A stretch of 64,000 nt of DNA from Bacillota bacterium (GTDB lineage Bacteria; Bacillota; Clostridia; Christensenellales; CAG-138). A model generated the notes under the pieces. That model did no database searches, was not told where the DNA came from, and was given only the letters and a program-made list of their open reading frames with translations. Shown in pieces: positions 19,616 to 29,921 of the stretch. Made by a program: the position numbers and the translations under genes. The number at the start of each line of letters is the position of its first letter. The stretch's first letter is position 1. The stretch covers positions 48,946-112,945 of the forward strand of contig JAEWCL010000015.1 in the NCBI GenBank assembly GCA_023390655.1. The letters are read 5' to 3'.

Positions 19616-21850
19616 ATGAGCACAATCAAAGATGTCGCAAACCATTCAGGGGTATCTATTGGAACCGTGTCCAATTATCTCACCGGTACCAAGCATGTTC
19701 ACCCTGAGACAGCAAAAAAAATAAAACTTGCTATTGATGCGCTGGACTACAAACCTAATTCATACGCAAAGAATTTACGAACAAACTCCAATAGAGAAAT
19801 TGGTGTAGTTTTGCCAAACACAAGCGAGCAATACTATGCATTTTTATTGACCGGAATTGAGGCGGAATTAAAAAAGGCCGGATATTATCTCAATCTTGCC
19901 CTTTCTAACGATGTGCCGGAAACCGAAAAAATGATCATCGGCAACTTTATGAAGAAGAATATCAGCGGTTTGATTGTGATGTCCTGTCAACACAATACCG
20001 AATTCTATGATCAGATTACAAAGACGCCCATTTTGTTTATTGACCGAAAGGTCACCTCTTCTGATGCAAATTTCGTCTCTTTTGATCAATACAACACCAT
20101 GTCATTTTTGATGTCACAGCTGACCGAACGCGGCTGCGAAAGAATTGCTCTCGTTGCTGGTCCGGAGCAATTTTCTTGTGAACGTGAATACGCCCAAGCC
20201 TATCGCGATTATTACAAAGCGCGCGGCGAAGATGCAGATGAAAAATGTATCTTTCACATCAACATGACAAAAGAGGAGGCATTTCGCACCGGCATCTCCC
20301 TTTTTCAGGACGTGGAGCCTCAAGCAATTATATCCACATCACGCATGCTGACAAACGGCTTGGAACATGCAGCGAGCTTGGCAGGAATTTCTTTGTACAA
20401 CGATATTGTTATGATATCTATTGGCCAAGAAACATTCTCCAACTTTTTAAAATATAACAACATCATTGTTACTATGCGTCCAGCCAACTACCTCGGAGTG
20501 AAGGCCGCCCGTTTACTCTTGTCTAATATTGATAGCCCTCTGATGTTTGAAAAGCAGCAAATCATATTGGAAGATAAAATTGTCGGCAAAAGGCTTTTTG
20601 AATCCATAAAAGCAGTACCCGTAACGCTTCCGGCAGCGAAGCAAAGGCTGCGTGTATTGTTTCTTGATTCCCCCAACGCGCACGGAATTATTCGTACGCA
20701 TTCAGTTTTTACCAGGAAAACAGGCATTGATGTTGATGTGACACTCTGCGAGCATGGCACACTACTTTCTAAATTAATGGATAAAGAATACCTCTCCAAC
20801 TTTGATGTTTGCATGTACGATAACCCTTGGCTAGACATCCTTGTTGCAGAAGACTTGTTTTTGGATATTACGAGTTATGTCGACTCGGATACGATTGATA
20901 CCTCCACCTTCCTGACAGGACTTTTGGAGAAAGTTGGCTATGTAGGCGGAAAATATTTCGGGATTCCTTTTCTTTTCGGCCCACAACTGCTGCTTTACCG
21001 CCGCGACCTATTTGAAAACCCTCATATGTGCGATCTTTTTGAAAAGAAATATCGCGAGAAGTTGCGCGTTCCGCGCACTTGGTTTGAGTTCAACGTTGTA
21101 AGCAGCTTCTTCACCCGCACCCTGAATCCCAATTCGCCCGTGGAGTTCGGTACATCATTTTCAGCACGTAACGCCGCAACGCTGCTCCCCGAGTTGATGC
21201 CCCGCGTTTGGGCCTACAATAGCAACATCTTTGATAGCGAGGGTATCCCTATTGTCTCTTCAACCTTATTTAAAAAGGGCGTTAGCAGCCTTGTCGAGGC
21301 ATTTAATTATGCGCCTCCACAAACTCTGACCTATAGTGTCGAAAACACTGTTGAGGACTTTTATCTCGGCAAAACAGCAATGCTAGTCAGTTTTGCATCT
21401 TTCATTGCTGACGTTAACAATACTGCAAAGTCTAAGATAATTGGGAAAATAGGCTACGCAAATATTCCAGGGAACTGCTCTGTTCTTGGCAGCTGGGGCC
21501 TCGCCATTCCCTCATCTAACGGGAATCCCTCTGCCGCCTATGAATTCATTCGGTGGACATGTGATCCCGATATGAGTAGCTATTTTGCCATCTTGGATGG
21601 CCAATCGCCGCTTAAGAATGTTTACACAAACGACGAGCTGGCAAACCACTATCCATGGCTGCCATTAATATACAAAACATTTTCCGGGAACAAGCAGCGA
21701 AAATCAGTTAAGCGCAAGGACGGGACGCTGATTCCAATCACATTAATTGAGGCTTTGATTTATGAGCAGATAATGAAGATTATAACTCAAGACATTTCGA
21801 TTGACGATGCTCTGGCCGGACTGAACGAACAGCTGGCAGCACTAATGTAG
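19616..21850 (+). CDS. LacI-family regulator fused to a C-terminal ABC family-1 solute-binding-protein-like domain
   Basis: Trimmed to ATG 19616 (744 aa). It has an HTH_LacI (MSTIKDVANHSGVSIGTVSNYL), a PBP-I core, then an SBP-like region (GIDVDVT, PRTWFEF, GKIGYANIPG, AYEFIRWTCDP). There is no signal peptide or TM segment. Confidence 0.8.
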   Translation: MSTIKDVANHSGVSIGTVSNYLTGTKHVHPETAKKIKLAIDALDYKPNSYAKNLRTNSNREIGVVLPNTSEQYYAFLLTGIEAELKKAGYYLNLALSNDVPETEKMIIGNFMKKNISGLIVMSCQHNTEFYDQITKTPILFIDRKVTSSDANFVSFDQYNTMSFLMSQLTERGCERIALVAGPEQFSCEREYAQAYRDYYKARGEDADEKCIFHINMTKEEAFRTGISLFQDVEPQAIISTSRMLTNGLEHAASLAGISLYNDIVMISIGQETFSNFLKYNNIIVTMRPANYLGVKAARLLLSNIDSPLMFEKQQIILEDKIVGKRLFESIKAVPVTLPAAKQRLRVLFLDSPNAHGIIRTHSVFTRKTGIDVDVTLCEHGTLLSKLMDKEYLSNFDVCMYDNPWLDILVAEDLFLDITSYVDSDTIDTSTFLTGLLEKVGYVGGKYFGIPFLFGPQLLLYRRDLFENPHMCDLFEKKYREKLRVPRTWFEFNVVSSFFTRTLNPNSPVEFGTSFSARNAATLLPELMPRVWAYNSNIFDSEGIPIVSSTLFKKGVSSLVEAFNYAPPQTLTYSVENTVEDFYLGKTAMLVSFASFIADVNNTAKSKIIGKIGYANIPGNCSVLGSWGLAIPSSNGNPSAAYEFIRWTCDPDMSSYFAILDGQSPLKNVYTNDELANHYPWLPLIYKTFSGNKQRKSVKRKDGTLIPITLIEALIYEQIMKIITQDISIDDALAGLNEQLAALM

Positions 21851-21942
21851 TAGTAGTCCATCGTTGTTAGCTGCTTGAAGAATTTGATGAGCAGAACATC
21901 TCCCGTTGGACTGCTGCTTTATAATGCATGTCTGCTTTTCTT

Positions 21943-23952
21943 TTACGGATATTCAATAAATGATACCGCCCTATTATCTTCAGCATATTGCATACCCTCT
22001 TGGACGGGTATCCTGCTCCCAGCACGTACAAAAAGTGGTATTATCCCGATTGGTGCATCTATTTCGACATATTGCCCACCTTCATGGTATTCATTCGTCC
22101 AAAAGTCGAACCATCCGGTTCCTTTTGGGAGGTAACAGCGCTTCACTTTGGCCGCGCATTCAATTCGGATATTGCCTTTATCAAAATACATCGGCTCCGT
22201 CACGGGACACACCAGAATGCTGTCTCCGAACATGAATTCATCGTCTATAACTGTTGAATAGGAATCATCCGGAAAGTCAAACAAAAGACTGCGCATAATT
22301 GTGTAATGCTCATCCGTGACGCGTCTCACCATCTCCACGATATACGGCATTAGCCGATAACGTAACCGTATAGCTTGTTTGATCGCACCTTGGAATATAT
22401 CTCCATAATTCCAAAACTCCCTTGGCGTGTCCGTGCCGTGAGAACGGAAAATCGGCAAAAAGGCACAAAACTGCATCCATCTTGTATAAAGCTCTTGATA
22501 CGCCATGTCACCGATGCCGAGATCATATTCGCCGTTCCAAAACCAAACCGGCGCGGCATCAGGGTCTCCCTTCCATTTCCTCCAACACTCCGTTCCACCT
22601 ACGAAAAACCCACCCGCATCTACGGTCCAATAGGGTATGCCGCACATTGAGATACTGATACCCTTGGCAATCTCTCTTTTAAGTTCAAGCCAACTGGCCG
22701 AAGTATCCCCGGCCCAGAGTATTACACCATATTTCTGTATGCCTGCATATCCAGACCTCGAAAGATTCACGACCGGTTTATTGGGCTGATTTTCATAAAT
22801 CCCTTTTGCGTGCATCAAACCATACAGATTCACTTTAGCGGCGTCAAGGTATTTTTCATGCTCGCCCCCAACAAGCTCATAGCGGTCTCGCTCGCTCTTT
22901 TTGACTTCACCGCACCAATCGGGCGTCGTGAACGGCTCGGTATTATCGCACCACCAGCCGTCAAAGCCGCCACGATACAGCTCATTTTCCATCTGCTCCC
23001 AGTAGACTCTGCGGGCATTTTCGTCAAAAGAGTTGTAAGTGGAATAATCGTTAAGCAGCATTCCTTTTTCCGCAAGCTGCGCATGATCGCTACCACCACT
23101 GTTCATGTTGGGCCAGACAGAAATCAGCGTGCGGATATTGATATTGTGAAGGTATCTGTTCATTGCCGCAACATCGGGAAAGCGCGCTTGATCAAGATGC
23201 TTATCCCCCCAGAGATCATCTTTCCAAGTCTTCCAGTCCTGAATCATGACGTCAATTGGCACATTCATGTCTCGGTATGCATTCGCGACGTTAATAAGTT
23301 CATTCTGCGTGTAATACCTTTCCTTGGATTGCATAAACCCCAATGCCCATTTCGGCAACGGTGCCGCCCTGCCGGTAAGTCCCCGATAACCAGCCACGAC
23401 CTCATCCAGGCTTCCTGTAATCACGTAGAAATCCGCCTGCTCAACACACTCTAACGTAACAACCGTTGTCTCTCCCGTATCGTCAAAAACCATCAGAGAC
23501 GAGCAATCAAACAGCACGCCGTACCCCTTGCTGGAAATTAGCATAGGCATCGCAATGCGCATGTTATGCTGATATAAATATTCAATCTTTCCGCGCTTGT
23601 TTAGAATTCCATCTTCATCTTGTCCAAGTCCGTAGATGTGTTCGCCCTCGCCGAATCGAAATTCAATGCATGCGCGGTATGCAACCCGATCAAAGTACTT
23701 TACCAGGTTTTCAATGTAGGTTCTCTGTCCGTCAACGGTTTTAATTACTTTGATGATGGGTTTACCATCCGGCTTATATTTGAAAACCTCTCTTTTCTCC
23801 AAGGTCACGTTTACTACTTCAATGGGACAAATGTTAATTGGTTCGCCGTCCATCATGTCCCGCTCCACGAAATCAGATACATTCTGGAGCCCCGAACCGG
23901 CCGTGTAGACACATCGCGTAATATTATGCCGTATTTTAAGGAATCGCTGCAT
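21943..23952 (-). CDS. glycoside hydrolase family 31 (alpha-glucosidase/alpha-xylosidase-like)
   Basis: Motifs seen: KGYGVLFD, GFDGWWCDNTEPF (nucleophile region), LSRSGYAGIQKY, WAGDTSASW. Confidence 0.85.
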   Translation of the reverse strand: MQRFLKIRHNITRCVYTAGSGLQNVSDFVERDMMDGEPINICPIEVVNVTLEKREVFKYKPDGKPIIKVIKTVDGQRTYIENLVKYFDRVAYRACIEFRFGEGEHIYGLGQDEDGILNKRGKIEYLYQHNMRIAMPMLISSKGYGVLFDCSSLMVFDDTGETTVVTLECVEQADFYVITGSLDEVVAGYRGLTGRAAPLPKWALGFMQSKERYYTQNELINVANAYRDMNVPIDVMIQDWKTWKDDLWGDKHLDQARFPDVAAMNRYLHNINIRTLISVWPNMNSGGSDHAQLAEKGMLLNDYSTYNSFDENARRVYWEQMENELYRGGFDGWWCDNTEPFTTPDWCGEVKKSERDRYELVGGEHEKYLDAAKVNLYGLMHAKGIYENQPNKPVVNLSRSGYAGIQKYGVILWAGDTSASWLELKREIAKGISISMCGIPYWTVDAGGFFVGGTECWRKWKGDPDAAPVWFWNGEYDLGIGDMAYQELYTRWMQFCAFLPIFRSHGTDTPREFWNYGDIFQGAIKQAIRLRYRLMPYIVEMVRRVTDEHYTIMRSLLFDFPDDSYSTVIDDEFMFGDSILVCPVTEPMYFDKGNIRIECAAKVKRCYLPKGTGWFDFWTNEYHEGGQYVEIDAPIGIIPLFVRAGSRIPVQEGMQYAEDNRAVSFIEYP

Positions 23953-23956
23953 ATCA

Positions 23957-24781
23957 TCATCCCTTTACAGCACCCGCTGTAATACCCTTTACAATGTATT
24001 TCTGGCCCAACAAATAAACGGCCACCACGGGCAGGCTGGTTAATACAATATCAGCACAGACCAAATTCCAATCTTTAAAGTACATGCCAAAGAAGTTATA
24101 AACCGCAAGTGTCATCGGCCATTTTGCTGAATTTCCGAGGAAATAGAGTGGCATTACAAACTCGTTCCAAGTGTTTAGGAACGTCAGCACCATGACCGTA
24201 ACCAGTACAGGCCTGAGGAGAGGCAATATAATACTAATGAAAAGCCTGAATGGCGTACAGCCATCGACGATCGCCGCTTCGTCAATATCGCGAGGTATCT
24301 TGCTAATGAAACCATAGATCAAAAACACATTAAACGGCATCTGTACGGCTGAATACAGAAGAATGATTCCGATTTGCTTGTTCATTAACTGGGTAATCTG
24401 CATCACCTTCATCAGCGCAACAAAGTTGATAGGCATAGCGATTCCAAGTACAATAAACATATATAGAAAATTGTTCAGTTTGCTCCGATTTCGCGAAAGT
24501 ACATATGCCGCCATAGCCGCCAACGCTGTGGTGAGCAATACGCTGCCGCCCGAATACAAGAGACTATTTAGAAAAGCCGTTCCCAGTTTGCCTTTTTCAA
24601 TTACCTCTGTGAAATTGCTCCATTCAAAGGATGCAGGCCATGAAAGGGACATATTGGATGCCGCTTCACTTGTTTTAAAGGAATTGATAAGAATTAGCAC
24701 TAGGGGAGCAAGCAGCAGGATCGATAAGATCCACGTTAGAATGTTCACGCCATATATTCCAAGCATCTTTCTCATTTTCAT
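23957..24781 (-). CDS. carbohydrate ABC transporter permease (CUT1, MalG-like)
   Basis: 274 aa with six hydrophobic segments and an EAA-like loop (DIDEAAIVDGCTPFRLF). Confidence 0.9.
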   Translation of the reverse strand: MKMRKMLGIYGVNILTWILSILLLAPLVLILINSFKTSEAASNMSLSWPASFEWSNFTEVIEKGKLGTAFLNSLLYSGGSVLLTTALAAMAAYVLSRNRSKLNNFLYMFIVLGIAMPINFVALMKVMQITQLMNKQIGIILLYSAVQMPFNVFLIYGFISKIPRDIDEAAIVDGCTPFRLFISIILPLLRPVLVTVMVLTFLNTWNEFVMPLYFLGNSAKWPMTLAVYNFFGMYFKDWNLVCADIVLTSLPVVAVYLLGQKYIVKGITAGAVKG

Positions 24782-25647
24782 TATTCAGGCACCTCGTCTT
24801 TTGTCATACCTTTAATCAAAAAGTAGCCCACTATCAACATAAATGCGAACATTATGCTTGAAAGGGTCGTGCCAACCGCATAGCGGCCCAACCCAAATTC
24901 TTTGTAGACGCTCGTATATAGAACTTCTGTCGCATATCCTGGGCCGCCGTTCGTAAGTGCATACACTGTGTCAAACACCTTAAGGCCATAAATGACGTTA
25001 AGCACGGTCGTTACAGTTAAAACCGGCATAAGCATAGGCAGCGTGATGGATCTGAATTTCTGCCAGCCGTTTGCCCCATCGATGTCTGCAGCTTCGTAGT
25101 ATGTTGGAGAGATAGACATGATGCCTGCGATGAAGATCGTCATGATGTACCCCATCCCCTTCCATATATCTACGCCCATTACAGACCAGAATGCTAGCCT
25201 TGGGTCTGCGAGCCACTTTGGTCCTTTGATGCCGAAAATGTCAAGGAAGGTATTCATTAAACCGACTTCAGGATTCAAGATTGACCTGAAGATCATGCCA
25301 ACAATCAACGCAGAGAGTACCGCCGGAATATACATGATTGCCCGATGCATGTTAAGTAAAAAGACTTTCTTTGTCAGCAGTACAGCTAATAACAATCCTA
25401 GAACATTTTTTACAATGGTCGTCACAAAGGTAAACAGAATGGTGTTTCCCAAATATGTAAGATAGTTCTCATCCGCAGAAAGTACTGTCTTGAAGTTATC
25501 AAGAGTGAAGATGAGCTTATCTGAATATGCAGACCAATTTGTAAAGGAATATCCGATACCTACCAGACCGGGAACGACAAACAATATCACGTATAGCACA
25601 AGTGCGCCAAAGGCGAAATAAGTAGGATACATTTTTCTAAGATGCAT
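24781..25647 (-). CDS. carbohydrate ABC transporter permease (CUT1, MalF-like)
   Basis: EAA loop YYEAADIDGANGWQKF. The start was moved to ATG 25647, which has AGGAG 8 nt upstream. Confidence 0.85.
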   Translation of the reverse strand: MHLRKMYPTYFAFGALVLYVILFVVPGLVGIGYSFTNWSAYSDKLIFTLDNFKTVLSADENYLTYLGNTILFTFVTTIVKNVLGLLLAVLLTKKVFLLNMHRAIMYIPAVLSALIVGMIFRSILNPEVGLMNTFLDIFGIKGPKWLADPRLAFWSVMGVDIWKGMGYIMTIFIAGIMSISPTYYEAADIDGANGWQKFRSITLPMLMPVLTVTTVLNVIYGLKVFDTVYALTNGGPGYATEVLYTSVYKEFGLGRYAVGTTLSSIMFAFMLIVGYFLIKGMTKDEVPE

Positions 25648-25698
25648 TATTCTAGCTCCTGTTAATATGCCATTCGACTTTTCTATCAATTACCCGAA

Positions 25699-25725
25699 GG
25701 GGCAAGCGATAATTTCACTTGCCCC
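25699..25725 (-). other. intercistronic stem-loop 3' of the SBP gene
   Basis: GGGGCAAG...CTTGCCCC inverted repeat between the SBP stop (25784) and the permease RBS. Confidence 0.45.
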
Positions 25726-25783
25726 TTTTCTCTATTACGGCGCCGTTCTTATCGGATGAGCCTATATTGATTTATGCAAAAGA

Positions 25784-27133
25784 TTACTTCCAGGCTTCGT
25801 CACCCGCCGTGGTTGCTTGGTTGGATCTATTCTTGTCGATGTTCTCCAACATCTTGATCGAATCACTTTCACCGAGAATGACGTTCGTTATCTCCTTTCC
25901 AATCTCCATCCATTGTGGATTCAGGTACTTTACCGCCGTTTGGAACACTGTGCCATGGTTGGGGTATCTCGCATAAAATTCCTTTACGTTATCGGAATAC
26001 TTGTTGCCCGAATCCTTATAGGGCAATGCGTTGTATCTGGGTACGTTGTCAATCATGTACTGGATGTTTTCAGGTTTGGCGAGAAACGCAAGATATTGCT
26101 TTGCCGCATCAGGATTCTGGGAACCGGAGTATACAAAGCGCGTAGGGCACACAGGGTTCATGTTTAGGATCTGATTGTCTACTATGGGCATTACAAAGTA
26201 GCCAATATCTTTAGCAAGGAACTCAGGATACATCCCGGCAACCTCCTCCGGGAATCCCTGCTGCGCCACAAACATCGCAAACTTTCCGCTCCCAAAGTTT
26301 TTTGCAGCGTCAGCGAACGTGTTCGACATATAGTTGTCGCCCCAGTAACCGTTGTCAACCATTTCCTTAATTTGATCAATTGCTTTTTTCATAACGGCAC
26401 TTTGCGCGAACGTGGTTTGATTGTTGTTTAGCTTATCAGCTAAGCCAGGCTCGCTCGCTTCATAGGCAGGGCCCATTTCGGGAAACCAAAGAACGTGATG
26501 CCATCCATCTGAAACGCATTCATAAATAGGTGTTATGCCAGCGCTTTTAATCGCATCACAAACCGACTTAAATTCATCAAAAGTCTTGGGAATAGAAAGA
26601 TTAAGATCAGAAAAAATCTTTTTATTGTAAGCGACCGCCCAAACGGCAGAAATATCAGCGACTGGCTGACCATATACTTTCCCGTTTGCAGATACTTCGG
26701 TGGCCGCAAGAGGATCGAGCCGAGAGACCCACTCCTCGCCCGAGAGATCCAGCGCGTTTTTTTCAACGTTCAACTGCGTCACGATGTCAAACTTACCCGC
26801 CTGAGAACCGAACAAATCAGTGCATTCACCTGCATTAAGCTTCGTCAGCAGTAGGTTGAAGTATTGATCCGAGGGAACAATTTGATAGTCAATCTTGATG
26901 CCTGTCTCCTCTGTAAATTTCTTCCCCAAATCCATTTCAGCATCCATAACCCAATCTTGACTAGCCATGTAACTTATGGTTACTTCCTTCTTTGGAGCTT
27001 CCGCTGCAGGGGTCTCCACCGCAGGCGCGGCAGGTGCCGGTTTTTGAGGGGCCTCATTGACTGAGGGTGCAACACACGCCACCGTGCTGAAGACCATCAG
27101 AGTTACTAGTAATCCAACGATAACTTTCTTCAT
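25784..27133 (-). CDS. ABC transporter extracellular solute-binding lipoprotein (family 1)
   Basis: Signal peptide with lipobox (FSTVAC), a Pro/Ala-rich linker and an SBP_bac_1-like body. GAGGAGG RBS. Confidence 0.9.
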   Translation of the reverse strand: MKKVIVGLLVTLMVFSTVACVAPSVNEAPQKPAPAAPAVETPAAEAPKKEVTISYMASQDWVMDAEMDLGKKFTEETGIKIDYQIVPSDQYFNLLLTKLNAGECTDLFGSQAGKFDIVTQLNVEKNALDLSGEEWVSRLDPLAATEVSANGKVYGQPVADISAVWAVAYNKKIFSDLNLSIPKTFDEFKSVCDAIKSAGITPIYECVSDGWHHVLWFPEMGPAYEASEPGLADKLNNNQTTFAQSAVMKKAIDQIKEMVDNGYWGDNYMSNTFADAAKNFGSGKFAMFVAQQGFPEEVAGMYPEFLAKDIGYFVMPIVDNQILNMNPVCPTRFVYSGSQNPDAAKQYLAFLAKPENIQYMIDNVPRYNALPYKDSGNKYSDNVKEFYARYPNHGTVFQTAVKYLNPQWMEIGKEITNVILGESDSIKMLENIDKNRSNQATTAGDEAWK

Positions 27134-27285
27134 GGCTTCCTCCTCGTATTTGACAAGCTTTCACTTGCCATTTAAAATAAATTGATACCCTAAGAATTAT
27201 TATATATGTCCAAGCAGTAAAGGGAATGGATGCCTTCCCCCAATTCCATGTATCATTTTAACCAGTCCATCTTGAGGAAACCATT

Positions 27286-29055
27286 ATGAAGCGCAATACC
27301 ATTCGCTCCGCATTGTTTTTAACATATTCAATCATCATTTGTATATCGTTCCTCTCTGTCGCCCTGTTCTTCTCTCTGACCGAGGCGCCAAGGCTAAAGA
27401 CACAAGCTCTTGCAAGTTTAGTACAGAGTGGAAAAAACATTACGGCATCTATAGATAGTGAATTCTCGCAGATGAAGATGGTTGCATTGAATATTGCTTA
27501 TTCCAACCTCGTCAAAGACCGGTTTATAGGATACCTTAATAGTAAGAATAATCTTTATGAAAAGGCAGAGAACACTAAAGTACTTGGTGATTTATTGACG
27601 GCAATTATCGGACCAAACCGGCCTGTTGATCAAATTTATCTTTACGCGCCAAACGACAGTGTTATAGCATCAGGTTTACTAAACGGTACATTTATCAATT
27701 CTCCGGCCGAACTGTCTTGGTATAGCAGGGCACTGGAAGACATCAACAATATGGCCATCGTGTATTCCGGAATCGATCATCGACTTTCAAAATATTTTAC
27801 AAACCCGCAGAGTCAGCAATTTATATCTTTTGCAATGCGATACTTCGATGTTTTTAACAATCCCCAAGGATTTATTGAAATAAAGAAAAACTTGCGCAAA
27901 GTGTTTTCCGCAGCCTTTGAATATAACAGCATATACGGTGAACAGATTTTTATTGCTGATGAAGATAGGAATATTGTATATCCAATCAACACCGATCCCG
28001 CTGCCGAAAGCCTGTTGTTCATCCGGCAAAATAATTATCCCGCCGGAATTACAAAGGAATCGGAATCGAGTGAATATATTATCTGCTCTCCTTCCCAGCT
28101 TTCAGGTTTCAGCACCATCATTGTCATAAATGACGCTAAACTACTGCAACCCGTTTACTCCTATATAAAAAATATCGTCCTAATTACAATTTGCGCGTTG
28201 ATCATGGCGCTCATTATGGCATATTTCGCGGCTCAATATATCACAAAGCCTATTGGCGATATATACCATGAAGTCATTAATTTTGACATCACAAGTACCT
28301 ATAAGAGAAAAAAAATCCAAACCAATATCAAAGAGCTTAAAACGCTCTATGACAGCTTTTCTGATATGCAGGAAAAACTTATCGAAAGCATCAATAAGCA
28401 ATTACTTTTACAAAATCAGGAGATGCAGTCTCATATGTTGGCCCTGCAGGCACAAATGAACCCTCATTTCCTCTACAACAGTCTTGCAGCAATCCAATCC
28501 ATGGCGGAAGAAGGTATGAATCGCGAAATCGTCATAATGTGCTTATCCATGTCAAACATACTTCGCTACATCTCTTCCGATACAAAGCAAGAAGTCGCAC
28601 TAGCAGATGAAATTCGATACACCCAGGATTATTTATGCTGTATGATGATTCGGTATCAAGGCGATCTGGAATATACCATTGACATTCCCGAACAAATGAA
28701 TAGAATTAAAGTACCGAAACTCTGTGTACAATTACTCGTCGAAAATGCCATTAAATATACTTCCACAAGACGCCCGCCGTATCATATAGCCATTTCGGGG
28801 AGATATGAAGAAAAACAATACGAACTTTCTATTCAGGATAATGGCCCTGGGTTCAGCAATGATTCACTTACTAATATCAATAAAAAAATCAGTGAAATAG
28901 ATAAAACAGGGTTGCTACCCTCACTTGAGATCAATGGAATGGGGCTATTAAACGTTTATATTCGGCACAAACTCCTTCACGGAAACCACATCATTTTCAA
29001 AGTAGAAAATACTAAAACGGGCGCATGCATCACAATCGGAGGAGTATACGAATAA
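27286..29055 (+). CDS. sensor histidine kinase (YesM-like)
   Basis: Two TM segments flank a roughly 270-aa extracytoplasmic domain. NPHFLYNSLAAIQ marks the His-kinase region, and there is a C-terminal HATPase (DNGPGF). Confidence 0.85.
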   Translation: MKRNTIRSALFLTYSIIICISFLSVALFFSLTEAPRLKTQALASLVQSGKNITASIDSEFSQMKMVALNIAYSNLVKDRFIGYLNSKNNLYEKAENTKVLGDLLTAIIGPNRPVDQIYLYAPNDSVIASGLLNGTFINSPAELSWYSRALEDINNMAIVYSGIDHRLSKYFTNPQSQQFISFAMRYFDVFNNPQGFIEIKKNLRKVFSAAFEYNSIYGEQIFIADEDRNIVYPINTDPAAESLLFIRQNNYPAGITKESESSEYIICSPSQLSGFSTIIVINDAKLLQPVYSYIKNIVLITICALIMALIMAYFAAQYITKPIGDIYHEVINFDITSTYKRKKIQTNIKELKTLYDSFSDMQEKLIESINKQLLLQNQEMQSHMLALQAQMNPHFLYNSLAAIQSMAEEGMNREIVIMCLSMSNILRYISSDTKQEVALADEIRYTQDYLCCMMIRYQGDLEYTIDIPEQMNRIKVPKLCVQLLVENAIKYTSTRRPPYHIAISGRYEEKQYELSIQDNGPGFSNDSLTNINKKISEIDKTGLLPSLEINGMGLLNVYIRHKLLHGNHIIFKVENTKTGACITIGGVYE

Positions 29056-29786
29056 TGAAATTTCGAGTAATCGTGGCAGATGACGAAAAGCTCATTGCCG
29101 CAAGCATTGCGCGAAATATCGAAAAGGCAAATGATGCCTTTTCGGTAGTGAGCATTGCCTATGATGGCGCTGAAGCTTATGCCCTTGTTCAAAGCCAGGC
29201 GCCTCACGTCGTCTTCAGCGACATCAAGATGCCGGAAATGGATGGGCTTGAGTTAATTAGACATATCTCACAAGAATATCCTGCCATAAAAACCATCATC
29301 GTCAGCGGCTATAATGATTTTGAATTAGCGCAGTCCGCGCTTCAGTGTAGCGCAACCGACTATATTTTAAAGCCCATAAACCCTTTCATTCTTCAAAGAA
29401 CGCTCAATAAGCTTGAGCGCACACTTCTCGCCGAAAAAAATATGCTATTGGTTGACCGTGAGAATAATTCGTTAGATATCTACAATAGCATTGTAGCTTA
29501 TATCGCCCATAATTATGCGGAGCAAATTAACTTTACTAAAATCGCCTCACAATATGGCTTCTCTGCCGCTTATCTAACCAAGATTTTCAAAAAGCACAGC
29601 GGCATACCGTCCGGAAGATATTTGAACGAATATCGAATTAATGTAGCCAAGAAGTTATTGTTGGACACCGATCTTTCAATAAAAGCCATTGCTGAGAAAG
29701 TTGGATTCTTCGATCAGTTTCATTTCAGCAAAAATTTCCGAAATGTCGTTGGCATATGCCCTACTCAATTTAGAAAAAATCAGTAG
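29055..29786 (+). CDS. response regulator with AraC-type HTH output (YesN-like)
   Basis: Start ATG 29055 overlaps the kinase stop (TAATG). The receiver has a DIKMPEMDG segment, and the C-terminus is AraC-type HTH. Confidence 0.9.
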   Translation: MKFRVIVADDEKLIAASIARNIEKANDAFSVVSIAYDGAEAYALVQSQAPHVVFSDIKMPEMDGLELIRHISQEYPAIKTIIVSGYNDFELAQSALQCSATDYILKPINPFILQRTLNKLERTLLAEKNMLLVDRENNSLDIYNSIVAYIAHNYAEQINFTKIASQYGFSAAYLTKIFKKHSGIPSGRYLNEYRINVAKKLLLDTDLSIKAIAEKVGFFDQFHFSKNFRNVVGICPTQFRKNQ

Positions 29787-29921
29787 CTTCGATTATAAAT
29801 ATAGAACGGAGAATAAACCAAAATCAAGATTCTGCATGGAGGAGGAACGCTTCACCCCCATATACCGATGAGGGCGAAGACCGGAGCAAAGTTTTCGGCT
29901 CCAGAAACAATTGCAGGCAAA

